DNA of 64,000 nt from assembly GCA_965222605.1 (NCBI GenBank), contig OZ244960.1, forward strand, positions 3,136,001 through 3,200,000, in the 5' to 3' direction. The stretch comes from Candidatus Latescibacterota bacterium (GTDB lineage: Bacteria > Latescibacterota > UBA2968). The translations under genes were made by a program, and so were the position numbers. Under the pieces are notes generated by a model. The model searched no databases and was not told the origin of the DNA. It worked only from the letters and a program-made list of their open reading frames with translations. Numbering within the stretch: the first letter of the stretch is position 1; each line of letters starts with the position of its first letter. Below, piece after piece: positions 8,295 to 18,169 of this stretch.

Positions 8295-10724
8295 TTACTC
8301 ATATCGCAGTGCATCAATCGGGTTAGAACGCGCTGCGCGAATGGCTTGCGTGCTCACGGTTCCAAATGCGATGATCAGAGCCATTATCGCGCTTGCAACA
8401 AATGGCAATACATTCAGGTCTGTCTGATAGGCAAACCCGGAGAGCCAGTTGTGCATTAGATAGTAGGCAATTGGCCAGGCGATGCCGTTGGCGAGAAGAA
8501 CGAGGAATATAAATTCGCGCGAGAGTAGCATCACCAGATGTGGTGTGGATGCGCCCAGGACCTTCCGCACGCCAATTTCTTTGGTGCGAGATTGAACCAT
8601 AAACGCGGCCAGTCCAAACAGTCCCAAACACGCTACAAAAATTGCGAGCAACGAAAATATCCCGAGCATTTTGCCGGTGAGTTGTTCGTTGAAATAGACC
8701 CAATCAATGATCTCGTCCATGAAGTGATATTCAAAGGGCGCGTCCGGTACAAAGCGTTTCCACTGTGTTTCGAGAAAGGACAGGGTTTGCGCAGTGTTTT
8801 CTGGTCGGATGCGCAGGACCAGCGAATAAAACATCTTCCAGCGGGCCAAAAATCCCATGGGGGCTATTTCTTCTCGTAGTGTCAAATTGTGGTAATCTTT
8901 TACGACCCCAATTACTATCAGGGATAGGTTGTCATATGCTGGTAACACAATCTGTTTGCCAATCGGATCGTCCTCCCAGCCGAGCAGGCGCACGGCTGTT
9001 TCGTTCAAAATAATCGCCTGAGAGGTATCGCTGGCAACATCGGCTGAAAAGGCGCGACCGCGAAGCACGGGAATATCAAATGTTTCAAAGAATGAATCAT
9101 CGACCTCGTTTATGCGAAATGTCCGTTCTTTTGTGGGGTCCCCATCGGGCCAGGCCAGTCGCAGTCGTCCGCTGTATCCCGTAATGTTGTATCGCAGTGC
9201 CGACGCGCTGAGGATATTGGGATGTTCGAGAAAGACCTGTTTGACCATAAGGTGGCGTGCCGAAAGACGTTTTTGTGGGTTGGATTCTTTCGAAAAATCG
9301 CGGACAAAGATCGGCAAACTCACAATGTGATCGCGTGCAAAACCCATCTCTTTGGTTTCTATAAATCTCAGTTGTTGATAAACTATTAGGGTGCAGATTA
9401 CCAGCAAAATGGACATGCCAAACTGAAAAACCACGAGTCCTTTCTTCAGCCCATTGGAACCCGATGAGGAAGATGCACTGCTTTTTAATGCTGTTACCGG
9501 GCTAAAAGAGGAGAGGAAAAATGCCGGATACCATCCCGCCAGCAATCCGACTGCTAATGTTAGTGCCAATACCGCTGGCGCACCTGCCATAACCATAGCC
9601 GCGTTGAGGTGCAGATCGCCGCGCACAAATTGGTTGAATAAGGGCAGGCATAACTCGACCAGTGCGAGGGCAATCAGCAGGGCGGAACAGGTTAAAAGCA
9701 GGGATTCAGTTAAAAATTGAACCACCAATTGTGGACGATGCGCGCCAACCACTTTTCGCACACCTACTTCGCGCTTGCGGGTGACAGCGCGTGCAGTTGC
9801 CAGATTTGTAAAGTTCACGCATGCAATGACCACTACGATTAGTCCGATAGCCGTTAGCATGTAAATTTTTTGAATGGGGCTGTCGGCAGTTGGGTTAAAA
9901 TCGGATTCGCCATACAGGTACATGCGGTGCAGGGGCTGCAAATAGTAGGTGTTTTTTTTCGCAACTTCATCCCCCATATACTGTTTGATCAACGGCTGCA
10001 TTTTCGTTTGTAGGATTTCTGCGTTTTGTCCTGCTTTTAATAGCACAAAGGTTTTTACCGGACGCCACGATTGCGTGGGTCGCCATAGTGTCCACACCTC
10101 TTGCGTTTCTTCTACGGGCGTCAGAGTGGTTGAGAGTATTTCAAAATAAAGGCCTGATGAGAGATGTGGTGCTTTTACGATGCCGGTGACTGTGTACTCG
10201 CCAGGGAAACTGACGTTGTCGATTGAGAATGTTTGGCCCATTGGGTCAATATCGCCAAATAAGTGTTGCGCCATGTCGTCGGTAATGACTACAGAGTAGG
10301 GCGTGCGAAACGCAGTCTCTAAGTCTCCTTTTATAAGGGGAAAATCAAATACGTCTAAAAAGTTGTCATCTACCAGTCCGAACTGATATTGACCCTCGCG
10401 CTCGCCGTATTGTGCAGATACAGTCCATCGCCAGATACGCACGGTTGTTTCTACTTCGGGAAATGTTTCTTCCAACACGGGACCGAGTGCGCCTGATGTA
10501 CCTTCTGTGTATGATGTTTGCGTACTGCCGCGTTGTTCCCGAATCACTTTGTAAATGCGGTCGCCCAGGGTGTGGGAGCGATTTACTGCAAATTCCTGTT
10601 GGATATACAAGAGGATCAAAATGCCACACGCTAACCCAATGGCAAGTCCCAATACATTGATGGAGGTGTACAATTTGTGCCGCATCAGATTGCGGATCGC
10701 AACGGTCAGATAATTTTTGATCAT
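8295..10724 (-). CDS. MacB/FtsX-like duplicated ABC permease (809 aa)
   Basis: MIKNYLTVAIRNL...REVGVRKVVGA...KEIGVRKVLGAS...NPIDALRYE. Confidence 0.92.
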   Translation of the reverse strand: MIKNYLTVAIRNLMRHKLYTSINVLGLAIGLACGILILLYIQQEFAVNRSHTLGDRIYKVIREQRGSTQTSYTEGTSGALGPVLEETFPEVETTVRIWRWTVSAQYGEREGQYQFGLVDDNFLDVFDFPLIKGDLETAFRTPYSVVITDDMAQHLFGDIDPMGQTFSIDNVSFPGEYTVTGIVKAPHLSSGLYFEILSTTLTPVEETQEVWTLWRPTQSWRPVKTFVLLKAGQNAEILQTKMQPLIKQYMGDEVAKKNTYYLQPLHRMYLYGESDFNPTADSPIQKIYMLTAIGLIVVVIACVNFTNLATARAVTRKREVGVRKVVGAHRPQLVVQFLTESLLLTCSALLIALALVELCLPLFNQFVRGDLHLNAAMVMAGAPAVLALTLAVGLLAGWYPAFFLSSFSPVTALKSSASSSSGSNGLKKGLVVFQFGMSILLVICTLIVYQQLRFIETKEMGFARDHIVSLPIFVRDFSKESNPQKRLSARHLMVKQVFLEHPNILSASALRYNITGYSGRLRLAWPDGDPTKERTFRINEVDDSFFETFDIPVLRGRAFSADVASDTSQAIILNETAVRLLGWEDDPIGKQIVLPAYDNLSLIVIGVVKDYHNLTLREEIAPMGFLARWKMFYSLVLRIRPENTAQTLSFLETQWKRFVPDAPFEYHFMDEIIDWVYFNEQLTGKMLGIFSLLAIFVACLGLFGLAAFMVQSRTKEIGVRKVLGASTPHLVMLLSREFIFLVLLANGIAWPIAYYLMHNWLSGFAYQTDLNVLPFVASAIMALIIAFGTVSTQAIRAARSNPIDALRYE

Positions 10725-10771
10725 GGTCTTATCTCCTGTTCCGTCCTGTTATTCCGCAGCAGGCGCGACGA

Positions 10772-13099
10772 TTACTCATCTCTCAAAGCGTCCGCCGGGT
10801 TTGCGCGTGCGGCTTTGAGGGTCTGGGTGGTGACGGTTGTGAGTACGACGAGGAACATGGCCAGACTGCCGAGTAAGAAGGCGCCAATACCCAATTCGGT
10901 GCGGTAGGCGAAGGTTTGTAACCATTGATTGGTCGCGTAATAAGCGATAGGGAATGCGATGAGGCTTGATAGGGCGATGTAGAGGATAAATTCCCGCGAG
11001 AGCAGGGATAAGATTTGAGATTGCGATGCGCCCAGGACTTTGCGAATGCCAATTTCTTTGGTGCGTCTGGTAGTGGCGAGTGCCGCCAGTCCAAATGCGC
11101 CGAGTGCAGCGATGAAGATGGCGAATCCTGTGGCGTATTGGATCATGAGATTCCAGCGTTCTTCTTTTTTGTATTGTCTGTCTATGTTTTCATTGAGAAA
11201 CGAAAATCTGAATGCATGGTCGGGGGCGACTTCAGCCCATTTTTCTTTTATAAATGCGATGGTGCCCGGCACGTTTTCGGGGCGAATGCGGACTAATAAG
11301 CGTACGGTAATTGCACGGAGGGATAGAACGGCGGGTTCAACTTCGTGATGCAAAGAGCGAAAATGGAAATTTTGAACAACGCCAATGATGGTCTTGTCTC
11401 GTCCATGTTTGATTGTTTTGCCAACGGGATCTTCTATGCCGAGTTTTTTGACGAGTGCTTCGTTGACAATGATTGATTTTTTAGCATCTGTTGGAAATTC
11501 TCTGTCGTATTCTCGACCTGCAACGAGTTTGATGTCGAGTGTTCTGAACAAATCGTAATCAATGTAGATGTTCTCAACGTATTGCCTTGGATTTCCTTCA
11601 TAAGTCACATCAGCCCGGGAACTCATGGTGTTTGTAAAATAATGATTAAGCCAGGTTGTGCTGATCACTGAGGGATGTGACAGCAGGGCATCCCGAAAAA
11701 CGTTTGGAAAGGTTTTGCTTTCTCTTTCCAGTGCATGGGTCTGAATGGCGACAACATGTTCGGTTTGATACCCCAGTGGTTGGGCTCGCAGGAATGTGAG
11801 TTGTTTGCTCATCATCAAGGTGACAATGATGAAAAATATGGATAGGGCAAACTGAAAAATGACCAGTACTTTGCCAAAACGATTGCCCGTTTTAATTTGC
11901 AACCGGCTTGTTATGATTTGGGTTGGCTGCAGGCGGGATAGGATAAAGGCGGGATACCCCCCTGCTGTGATGCCAACGAAGCTGACCAGGAGAATGAGGA
12001 AGGCGAGTGTTGTGGTGTTGAGGCCGTCGCTCATGGATAGGGATTTATCAGCCAGATTGTTGAATGTTGGCAACGTGAGTTCTGCTATGGCAATGCCAAT
12101 GATGAGCGCGATGAAGATGAGCAAGAGGGATTCGCCGATAAATTGGTTTGCAATCTGCATGCGTCCCGCGCCGACGACTTTTCGCAAGCCGACTTCCCGC
12201 GCCCGCGTTGCCTGTCGTCCGAGGGTCAGGGTGATGAAGTTGACACAGGCGATAAACAGGACGAGGATTGCAATGCCCGATAAGATGTATGAATAAACTG
12301 GATTGCTGCTATTATATACCCCCAGGCTTTGAGCGAAATGCATTTGGGTGATAGGTAGGAGTTTGAGTTCTTTCTCGCTTTTTTCGCCCCACCAGATTTT
12401 GGTCAATCTGGGAAATTGTTGTTCGACACTATTTGGGGATACATTCGGGGGGAGCATCATATACGTAGTCAGGTAGTGCGTATTCCATTGGTTTTTGGCC
12501 TGGACCCAGGATGCCCGTTCAAATGGCAGCAGTACGTCAAATTGAATTGTGGAGTTTTTGGGCACGTTTTTTATAATGCCCGTGATGGTGTAGTTTTGAA
12601 TTTCCTCTCCGCGTTGAATAGGAAGCAGTTCTCCAACCGGATTGGCGTTGTTGAAATACTTTTGAGCAATTTTTTCTGTTATGAGTGCTGAATATTTGTC
12701 CTGGAGTGCTTGAGCGGGATCGCCGTGAATGACTGAGAAAGAAAAAATGTCGAGGAAGTTGGGATCGACAACCCCCAAATGCGCTTGAAAAGCGAGATCT
12801 TCTGTACCAATTTTTCCCCCGGTACTCCTGAAACGAACGGTCTGCATGTCTGGGAATGCTTCTGTTAATGCGGGTCCGAGGGGATCTGGTGTTATACCAG
12901 AAACCCGATAGATGCGGTCGGCGTTTTCGTGAAAGGTGTCATAAGTCCATTCGTTGTGGACAAAGAGGGAGGTGAGGATGCAAAAGGCGAGGCCGATGGC
13001 AATGCCAATGATGTTGATGGCAGAGTAGATGCGGTGCCTGGCGAGGTTGCGGATCGCTGTTTTCAGGTAGCTACTGAGTAAAGATATTTCAGAGAACAT
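10772..13099 (-). CDS. MacB/FtsX-like duplicated ABC permease (775 aa)
   Basis: Same architecture; close paralog of 5917..8268. Confidence 0.92.
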   Translation of the reverse strand: MFSEISLLSSYLKTAIRNLARHRIYSAINIIGIAIGLAFCILTSLFVHNEWTYDTFHENADRIYRVSGITPDPLGPALTEAFPDMQTVRFRSTGGKIGTEDLAFQAHLGVVDPNFLDIFSFSVIHGDPAQALQDKYSALITEKIAQKYFNNANPVGELLPIQRGEEIQNYTITGIIKNVPKNSTIQFDVLLPFERASWVQAKNQWNTHYLTTYMMLPPNVSPNSVEQQFPRLTKIWWGEKSEKELKLLPITQMHFAQSLGVYNSSNPVYSYILSGIAILVLFIACVNFITLTLGRQATRAREVGLRKVVGAGRMQIANQFIGESLLLIFIALIIGIAIAELTLPTFNNLADKSLSMSDGLNTTTLAFLILLVSFVGITAGGYPAFILSRLQPTQIITSRLQIKTGNRFGKVLVIFQFALSIFFIIVTLMMSKQLTFLRAQPLGYQTEHVVAIQTHALERESKTFPNVFRDALLSHPSVISTTWLNHYFTNTMSSRADVTYEGNPRQYVENIYIDYDLFRTLDIKLVAGREYDREFPTDAKKSIIVNEALVKKLGIEDPVGKTIKHGRDKTIIGVVQNFHFRSLHHEVEPAVLSLRAITVRLLVRIRPENVPGTIAFIKEKWAEVAPDHAFRFSFLNENIDRQYKKEERWNLMIQYATGFAIFIAALGAFGLAALATTRRTKEIGIRKVLGASQSQILSLLSREFILYIALSSLIAFPIAYYATNQWLQTFAYRTELGIGAFLLGSLAMFLVVLTTVTTQTLKAARANPADALRDE

Positions 13100-13151
13100 T
13101 GGTCTCTCCTGTTTATGGTGTGAAATAAACTTTGTATTTCAGCAGGTGCAG

Positions 13152-13733
13152 TCAGCCCGCCCAACCCCCGACCTGTTGTTTTTCCAACGCGCGTTTTAAC
13201 TGATGGCGTCCTCGGTAGAGCCAGATTTTCACTGTGCCGAGGGGGACTTGCATTTCCCACACGATTTCGCGGTAGGACAGTTCTTTTATGTAGCGAAGCC
13301 ACATTGCGCGTTGTTGTACTTTGGGCAATGTGCGTAAGCCCTGTGTTAAGAGTTGATGGCGTTCCTTTTGTATGACGCTATCTTCTGGCGTTGTCAGAGT
13401 AATTGGTTCGGGCATTTGTTGTGCTGCGGTTTGCAGACCATTTTTTCGGGATAGTCGAGACCGAAGGTGTGATCGCCCGACGTTGAAGGCAATGCGCGTT
13501 AGCCAGGTTGTGAATGCCGAGTCGCCGCGAAAATGGCGCAGGCCCTGAAAGACTTTCATGAATACCACCTGGATCAAGTCATCGGCTTCCTCGCGGTCCT
13601 GCACATATCGCCCGACAATGGCGCGTACGCGATTCTGGTGCAGATAGTAGAGTTTGCCAAACGCGCTTTCGTCGCCGGCTTTTATCATGAGGATCAATTG
13701 TACATCGTTTTCTATGTCTGATCGTTTATTCAT
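13152..13733 (-). CDS. ECF RNA polymerase sigma factor
   Basis: Region 2 (GDESAFGKLY...AFTTWLTRIA) and region 4 (LSYREI...VPLGTVKIWLYRGR); start overlaps the upstream permease stop. Confidence 0.9.
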   Translation of the reverse strand: MNKRSDIENDVQLILMIKAGDESAFGKLYYLHQNRVRAIVGRYVQDREEADDLIQVVFMKVFQGLRHFRGDSAFTTWLTRIAFNVGRSHLRSRLSRKNGLQTAAQQMPEPITLTTPEDSVIQKERHQLLTQGLRTLPKVQQRAMWLRYIKELSYREIVWEMQVPLGTVKIWLYRGRHQLKRALEKQQVGGWAG

Positions 13734-16095
13734 ACCGCAGTGCCTCCACGGGGTTCATTTTTGCCGCTTTCACAGCTTGCAGGCTCACTGTTCCGATTAC
13801 GACCAATAGTGTCAGTACACCGCCCAGCACGAACGCTCCAATCCCCAGCTCAATCCGATACGCGAAGTCCGATAGCCATTTGCTCATTGCCCAGTAGGCG
13901 ACTGGCCAGGCGAGTACATTTGCAATGGCTACCAGCAGAACGAATTCGCGCGATAGCAAACTCACGACGTTTGTGATGCTGGCGCCCAATATTTTGCGAA
14001 TGCCAATCTCTTTGGTGCGCCGGGTTACGGCGAGTGCTGTCAATCCAAATGCTCCCAGACACGCTATAAAAATGGCAAATAGGGTTCCGTATCCGATCAT
14101 GCGATGCCATCGCTCTTCGGTTCGGTATTGGCGATCGATGCCTTCGTCGAGGAATGAATAACGGAATTCAGGGGATTGTGTTATGGCTTCCCATTGTTCT
14201 TTCATAAATGACAGTGTGCCGGGGATATCTTCGGCATGCACCCGGATCAGCAGTCGGCTAAAGTATTGATTTGCTGGGTCGCATTTCAGGAGTGCGGGGC
14301 CAATTTTGTGATGGAGAGAGCGAAAATGAAAATCTTTCACGACGCCAATCACTGTCATATCAGTAAAAAATTTCAGTGTTTTGCCGAGCGGTGGTCCCGG
14401 TCCCAATTGCCTGGCCAGGGTTTCATTGATAATTACAGATGCAGCAGGGTCTGTTACAAATTCTCGTGAATAATTTCGCCCTTCGATCAATTTGATGTCG
14501 AGGGTTGGTACAAAGTCATAATCGACAAAGAAGACCTCCACGCCGCTTAAGCTCGTTCCATCATGTACCACATTCCCGCGCGACTGGTATCCATTGCGCA
14601 TCATGTGATATATTGGGGTTACACCGAGAATTGCGTGATGGGATAACAGGGCGTCCCGATAGGTTTCAATGCCTTTTGGTCCCAGGTCTCGCAGCTTGCT
14701 GAGGCGACTGACGGCAATCAAATGTTCGCTGTCAAATCCCAGGGGTTTGGTCCGCAAATAGTCGAGTTGAGAGGTCATGATGAGGGCACAGATGACCAGA
14801 ACCGCAGACATCGCGATCTGGAAGACTACGAGAAACTGGCTGAATAATCCCGCACTGACAATTTTCAATCTGCCTTTGAGTACGTGAATTGGCATGAAGC
14901 CGGAGAGGACAAAGGCTGGATAGGTGCCTGCAAGCAGGCCGATGATCAAAGTTAGACCCATTAGCGAGGCAAATGCCGGACCATCCAGATGTGCAACCAA
15001 AGATAGTTTTTGCGCCATGAGGTTGTTGAACAATGGCAGTAAAAGTTCTGATAGGGCGAGTCCGATCACAAAGGCTATGAGGCTCAAGAGAACGGATTCT
15101 GTGAGAAATTGTACAATGACCTGGGGCTTGTGTGCGCCAACGACTTTGCGTATGCCGATTTCCCGCGCCCGAGAAGCCGATCGTCCCAGAGCGAGGGTCA
15201 TAAAGTTCACGCAGGCGACAAATAGTACGAGAGCTGTAATGCACAACAGGATGTAGCTGTATGCCGGGTCCGTGGCGGATTCGGGTGCGCGGATATTTGG
15301 ATTGAAATGGACATCTGCAAGCGGCTGCAACTTCATCTCATGGTTTTCACCCATGATGGGCCACTTCCAGTTTAAAAGAAAACGCGGAAATGACTTTTCC
15401 AGGTCTTCGGCGCGAACCTGATTGTGAAGCAAGACGTAAGTACTGGTGTCACTTATGTAATTCCACGAGTTGAGCGCGTCTTCGACATTCTCATAGGACT
15501 GAATGCAGTCGAATTGAATGCTGGATGTTTCGGGGATGTCTTTTACGATGCCTGTAATCAGAGCCTGATGGATTTTTGAGTTTCTTGTGAAAGAGATCGA
15601 TTTCCCCATTGGGTCGGTGTTGCCGAAGAATTTTTGAGCGGCTGTTTCTGATATAATAATGGCGTCTTTGCGATTTAGTGCTGTTGCGGGGTCGCCTTTT
15701 ATCAGGGGAAATGAGAATACATCCCAGAAATCCGGATCGACATAAATAATGCGTTCTTGAAATGAATGGTCGCCATATTGGAGTGTGAGAGAAGTGGTGT
15801 TAATTCTCACGACGTGCTGCATTTGTGTGGGGAATGCTTCTGCCAACTTTGGACCGAGAGGACCCGGCATGGCAGCTGAGGCATCGCTGCCTTCGCCTAC
15901 TTCTCCTTTATTGTAAATGCGATAAATCCGATTTGCTTTTTCGTGGAATGCGTCAAAGGACCATTCGTGTCGTATGTACAAGAATGTCAAGATGCAAAAC
16001 GCAATGCCGATTGCCAGGCCAGTAATGTTAATCGCCGAATACACTTTGTAGCGGACGAGATTGCGGTACGCCACGGTCAGATAGTTGCGGAACAT
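13726..16095 (-). CDS. MacB/FtsX-like duplicated ABC permease (789 aa)
   Basis: MFRNYLTVAYRNL...REIGIRKVVGA...NPVEALRYE. Confidence 0.92.
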   Translation of the reverse strand: MFRNYLTVAYRNLVRYKVYSAINITGLAIGIAFCILTFLYIRHEWSFDAFHEKANRIYRIYNKGEVGEGSDASAAMPGPLGPKLAEAFPTQMQHVVRINTTSLTLQYGDHSFQERIIYVDPDFWDVFSFPLIKGDPATALNRKDAIIISETAAQKFFGNTDPMGKSISFTRNSKIHQALITGIVKDIPETSSIQFDCIQSYENVEDALNSWNYISDTSTYVLLHNQVRAEDLEKSFPRFLLNWKWPIMGENHEMKLQPLADVHFNPNIRAPESATDPAYSYILLCITALVLFVACVNFMTLALGRSASRAREIGIRKVVGAHKPQVIVQFLTESVLLSLIAFVIGLALSELLLPLFNNLMAQKLSLVAHLDGPAFASLMGLTLIIGLLAGTYPAFVLSGFMPIHVLKGRLKIVSAGLFSQFLVVFQIAMSAVLVICALIMTSQLDYLRTKPLGFDSEHLIAVSRLSKLRDLGPKGIETYRDALLSHHAILGVTPIYHMMRNGYQSRGNVVHDGTSLSGVEVFFVDYDFVPTLDIKLIEGRNYSREFVTDPAASVIINETLARQLGPGPPLGKTLKFFTDMTVIGVVKDFHFRSLHHKIGPALLKCDPANQYFSRLLIRVHAEDIPGTLSFMKEQWEAITQSPEFRYSFLDEGIDRQYRTEERWHRMIGYGTLFAIFIACLGAFGLTALAVTRRTKEIGIRKILGASITNVVSLLSREFVLLVAIANVLAWPVAYWAMSKWLSDFAYRIELGIGAFVLGGVLTLLVVIGTVSLQAVKAAKMNPVEALRYE

Positions 16096-16139
16096 TTTGT
16101 TCTCCTTAGCTGTCCCAGGTGGTCAAGACGCAGCTTGTC

Positions 16140-17576
16140 TTACAGGAGCGGAGAGATTAGAGTGAGAGCGACTCGAAAAGAGTGATTCGTCATCATAACC
16201 TTTCCTTGAGGATCGATCAGGACATAGTGCGGATAGCCTCCAATGTTATACATCTTTGACACTTTGTTATTGTTGTCTATAGTGTCCAGGATCTGCGGCC
16301 ATTCAATGTGAGACTTCTCCACATAATTCTTGACTTTGTCTCTTCTGGTATCGGCACTGATGCCGATAATCTCGAAGTTATCCCGGTCGAATTTTTCAGA
16401 TAGTGCTTTCAATCTGGGCGTATCTTTGATACATGGCCCGCACGAGGTGTACCAGAAGTCCAACAAAACGTATTTACCCTTGAAATTTGAAAGCTGAAGA
16501 TTCTTTCCGTCTATATCGGTAACTGCAAAATCCGGTGCTATAGAACCTCGCTTGATCTCAATCTTTGTTGGGACGGAGACATCTGATTTTCTGAGGATAA
16601 TTTCATCACCAGAGGCAGAGATGCTTTTAATTTCAAATGTGGTACCACCGATATTAAAGGGTTTGTCAACGTCGTAATATTCCGCTGATTCGAGTTCACT
16701 CCCGAATATGCCATCGCGATCGAGGTCCCATAGTATTCTGTTAAAAATTTTGGTAGAGTAGGTCGCGAAGCGTCCTTTGTTGTAGATCGCCAGGTCGTAT
16801 AATTGACCATCTATTTCTACTCGTCCTTTTCTGTATTCAGTTACGCTTCCCCTGAATTTTGGGAAGGTTGGATCTTTCCGCTTTTTCACATATTGCGTAT
16901 ATCTATGAACCTCCACGTCCACCCTTTGGGTTTTGGCGATTCTACCATCGTTATATTCAAATTCAACGGTGGCATTTGCCTTTTGCCCATGTGGAAGTTT
17001 CCAAGGTAGAATGTAGCTCAGCAGACGATATACTGTACCGAAGTTCTCTGGATATATCGCATGTTCATCGGAGAAGTCTTCATTGTTGTTGGTATCAAAA
17101 ATGAAAATAGTATTTCCATTCCGATCCCGGCCATTCACAAAGGATACTTTGCTATCTACAGGTACTCCTAAGTCATACGGTTCCCAGAGTTCTCGATCGG
17201 TCTCTTCTTGATAAAGGAGAATGCACAACTGTAGAGCACTCAACTCAAATACCCCATAGAATTCGATGGTCATTTCCGGCGGAAATCCTCGCAGGCTCTT
17301 CTCGATCGGTTTTCGACTTATCCAATCGTGATCATGAAAGTCAATCGATGATGACTCGAATCTCGATAATGCTTGTGCGCTTACAGGTACACGCTCCAGG
17401 GGGATCACAACTTCATCCATGTTAGCTGAGTCAAATCGCGCAACGGATGGGTTATCTGAGGAATCCTGGGCATTCTTGGAAAGGCCGAAGAGTGTGGAAT
17501 GGACAGAGAGTGAGAAGAGTATAAGCAGACCAGTGAGGATGCTGTTCTTTCGGAAAGTCGAGCGGATGGAGATCAT
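16140..17576 (-). CDS. Exported TlpA/ResA-like thiol-disulfide oxidoreductase
   Basis: Signal-like N-terminus; C-terminal APDF...GKYVLLDFWYTSCGPC thioredoxin fold. Confidence 0.85.
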   Translation of the reverse strand: MISIRSTFRKNSILTGLLILFSLSVHSTLFGLSKNAQDSSDNPSVARFDSANMDEVVIPLERVPVSAQALSRFESSSIDFHDHDWISRKPIEKSLRGFPPEMTIEFYGVFELSALQLCILLYQEETDRELWEPYDLGVPVDSKVSFVNGRDRNGNTIFIFDTNNNEDFSDEHAIYPENFGTVYRLLSYILPWKLPHGQKANATVEFEYNDGRIAKTQRVDVEVHRYTQYVKKRKDPTFPKFRGSVTEYRKGRVEIDGQLYDLAIYNKGRFATYSTKIFNRILWDLDRDGIFGSELESAEYYDVDKPFNIGGTTFEIKSISASGDEIILRKSDVSVPTKIEIKRGSIAPDFAVTDIDGKNLQLSNFKGKYVLLDFWYTSCGPCIKDTPRLKALSEKFDRDNFEIIGISADTRRDKVKNYVEKSHIEWPQILDTIDNNNKVSKMYNIGGYPHYVLIDPQGKVMMTNHSFRVALTLISPLL

Positions 17577-17696
17577 GGTTTCCTCCTGAGGATTTAAAGA
17601 GCGGTTACGGTTGTAAGATCTGCGTGGATATTCTCAACCGCTCACAATTTCAGGCGACACTTCCTTTAGGTGCGTATTCTTTGTGCCGATTTTATA

Positions 17697-17712
17697 TGCA
17701 ATAATCGTGCCA
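17697..17712 (-). promoter_or_regulatory. Sigma-54 (-24/-12) promoter of the TlpA-permease operon
   Basis: Minus strand TGGCACGATTATTGCA, essentially the RpoN consensus. Confidence 0.85.
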
Positions 17713-17771
17713 AAAGATACAAATGTTGAAATAACAATAGGTTACGAAAAACTGCTTAAAATTAACGGACG

Positions 17772-17817
17772 AATAAGTGTCCGAATTTGATACAGTAGTG
17801 TCCGAAAATGAACACTT
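17772..17817. promoter_or_regulatory. Tandem enhancer (UAS) sites, second copy
   Basis: AATAAGTGTCCGAATTTGATACAGTAGTGTCCGAAAATGAACACTT, two mismatches to 5027..5072. Confidence 0.75.
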
Positions 17818-18029
17818 GTAAGGGATGGGAGAGGTAAGATGGGAGAGGTGATTACAATCATACACCATTAGAAAAAGTCATGAGCCAAAACAATCACGCA
17901 CAGCGTGTGAGTCCGTCTCGCAGCGGAATCTTTATGCCATTCTAACTGTGCAGGCCATAGCATGGTGTGTGACCACAGAAACGATTTGCGCTGTGCCAGC
18001 CCCTCGGCGTTTGAGAGCGGCATTTTTTG

Positions 18030-18061
18030 CCTACTTTTTTTTGCTGGTGAAAAAAAGTAGG
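18030..18061. repeat. Palindrome (bidirectional terminator or core of a MITE-like element)
   Basis: CCTACTTTTTTT...AAAAAAAGTAGG perfect 12-bp stem within a structured intergenic stretch. Confidence 0.5.
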
Positions 18062-18169
18062 TCGCCGCACGCCGCAGGCATGGCGTAGCCACACGCATGA
18101 AAAGGAAAATAATAGAAAAAACTCTATACGTCGTTATACCACAACAAATGAATTATGCACACCCTTCAA

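Noticed and set aside
4643-8576. Permease 3' remnant as a DGR template/variable repeat pair
   Set aside because: Mismatches involve all bases and are mostly synonymous rather than adenine-specific, and no reverse transcriptase is present.
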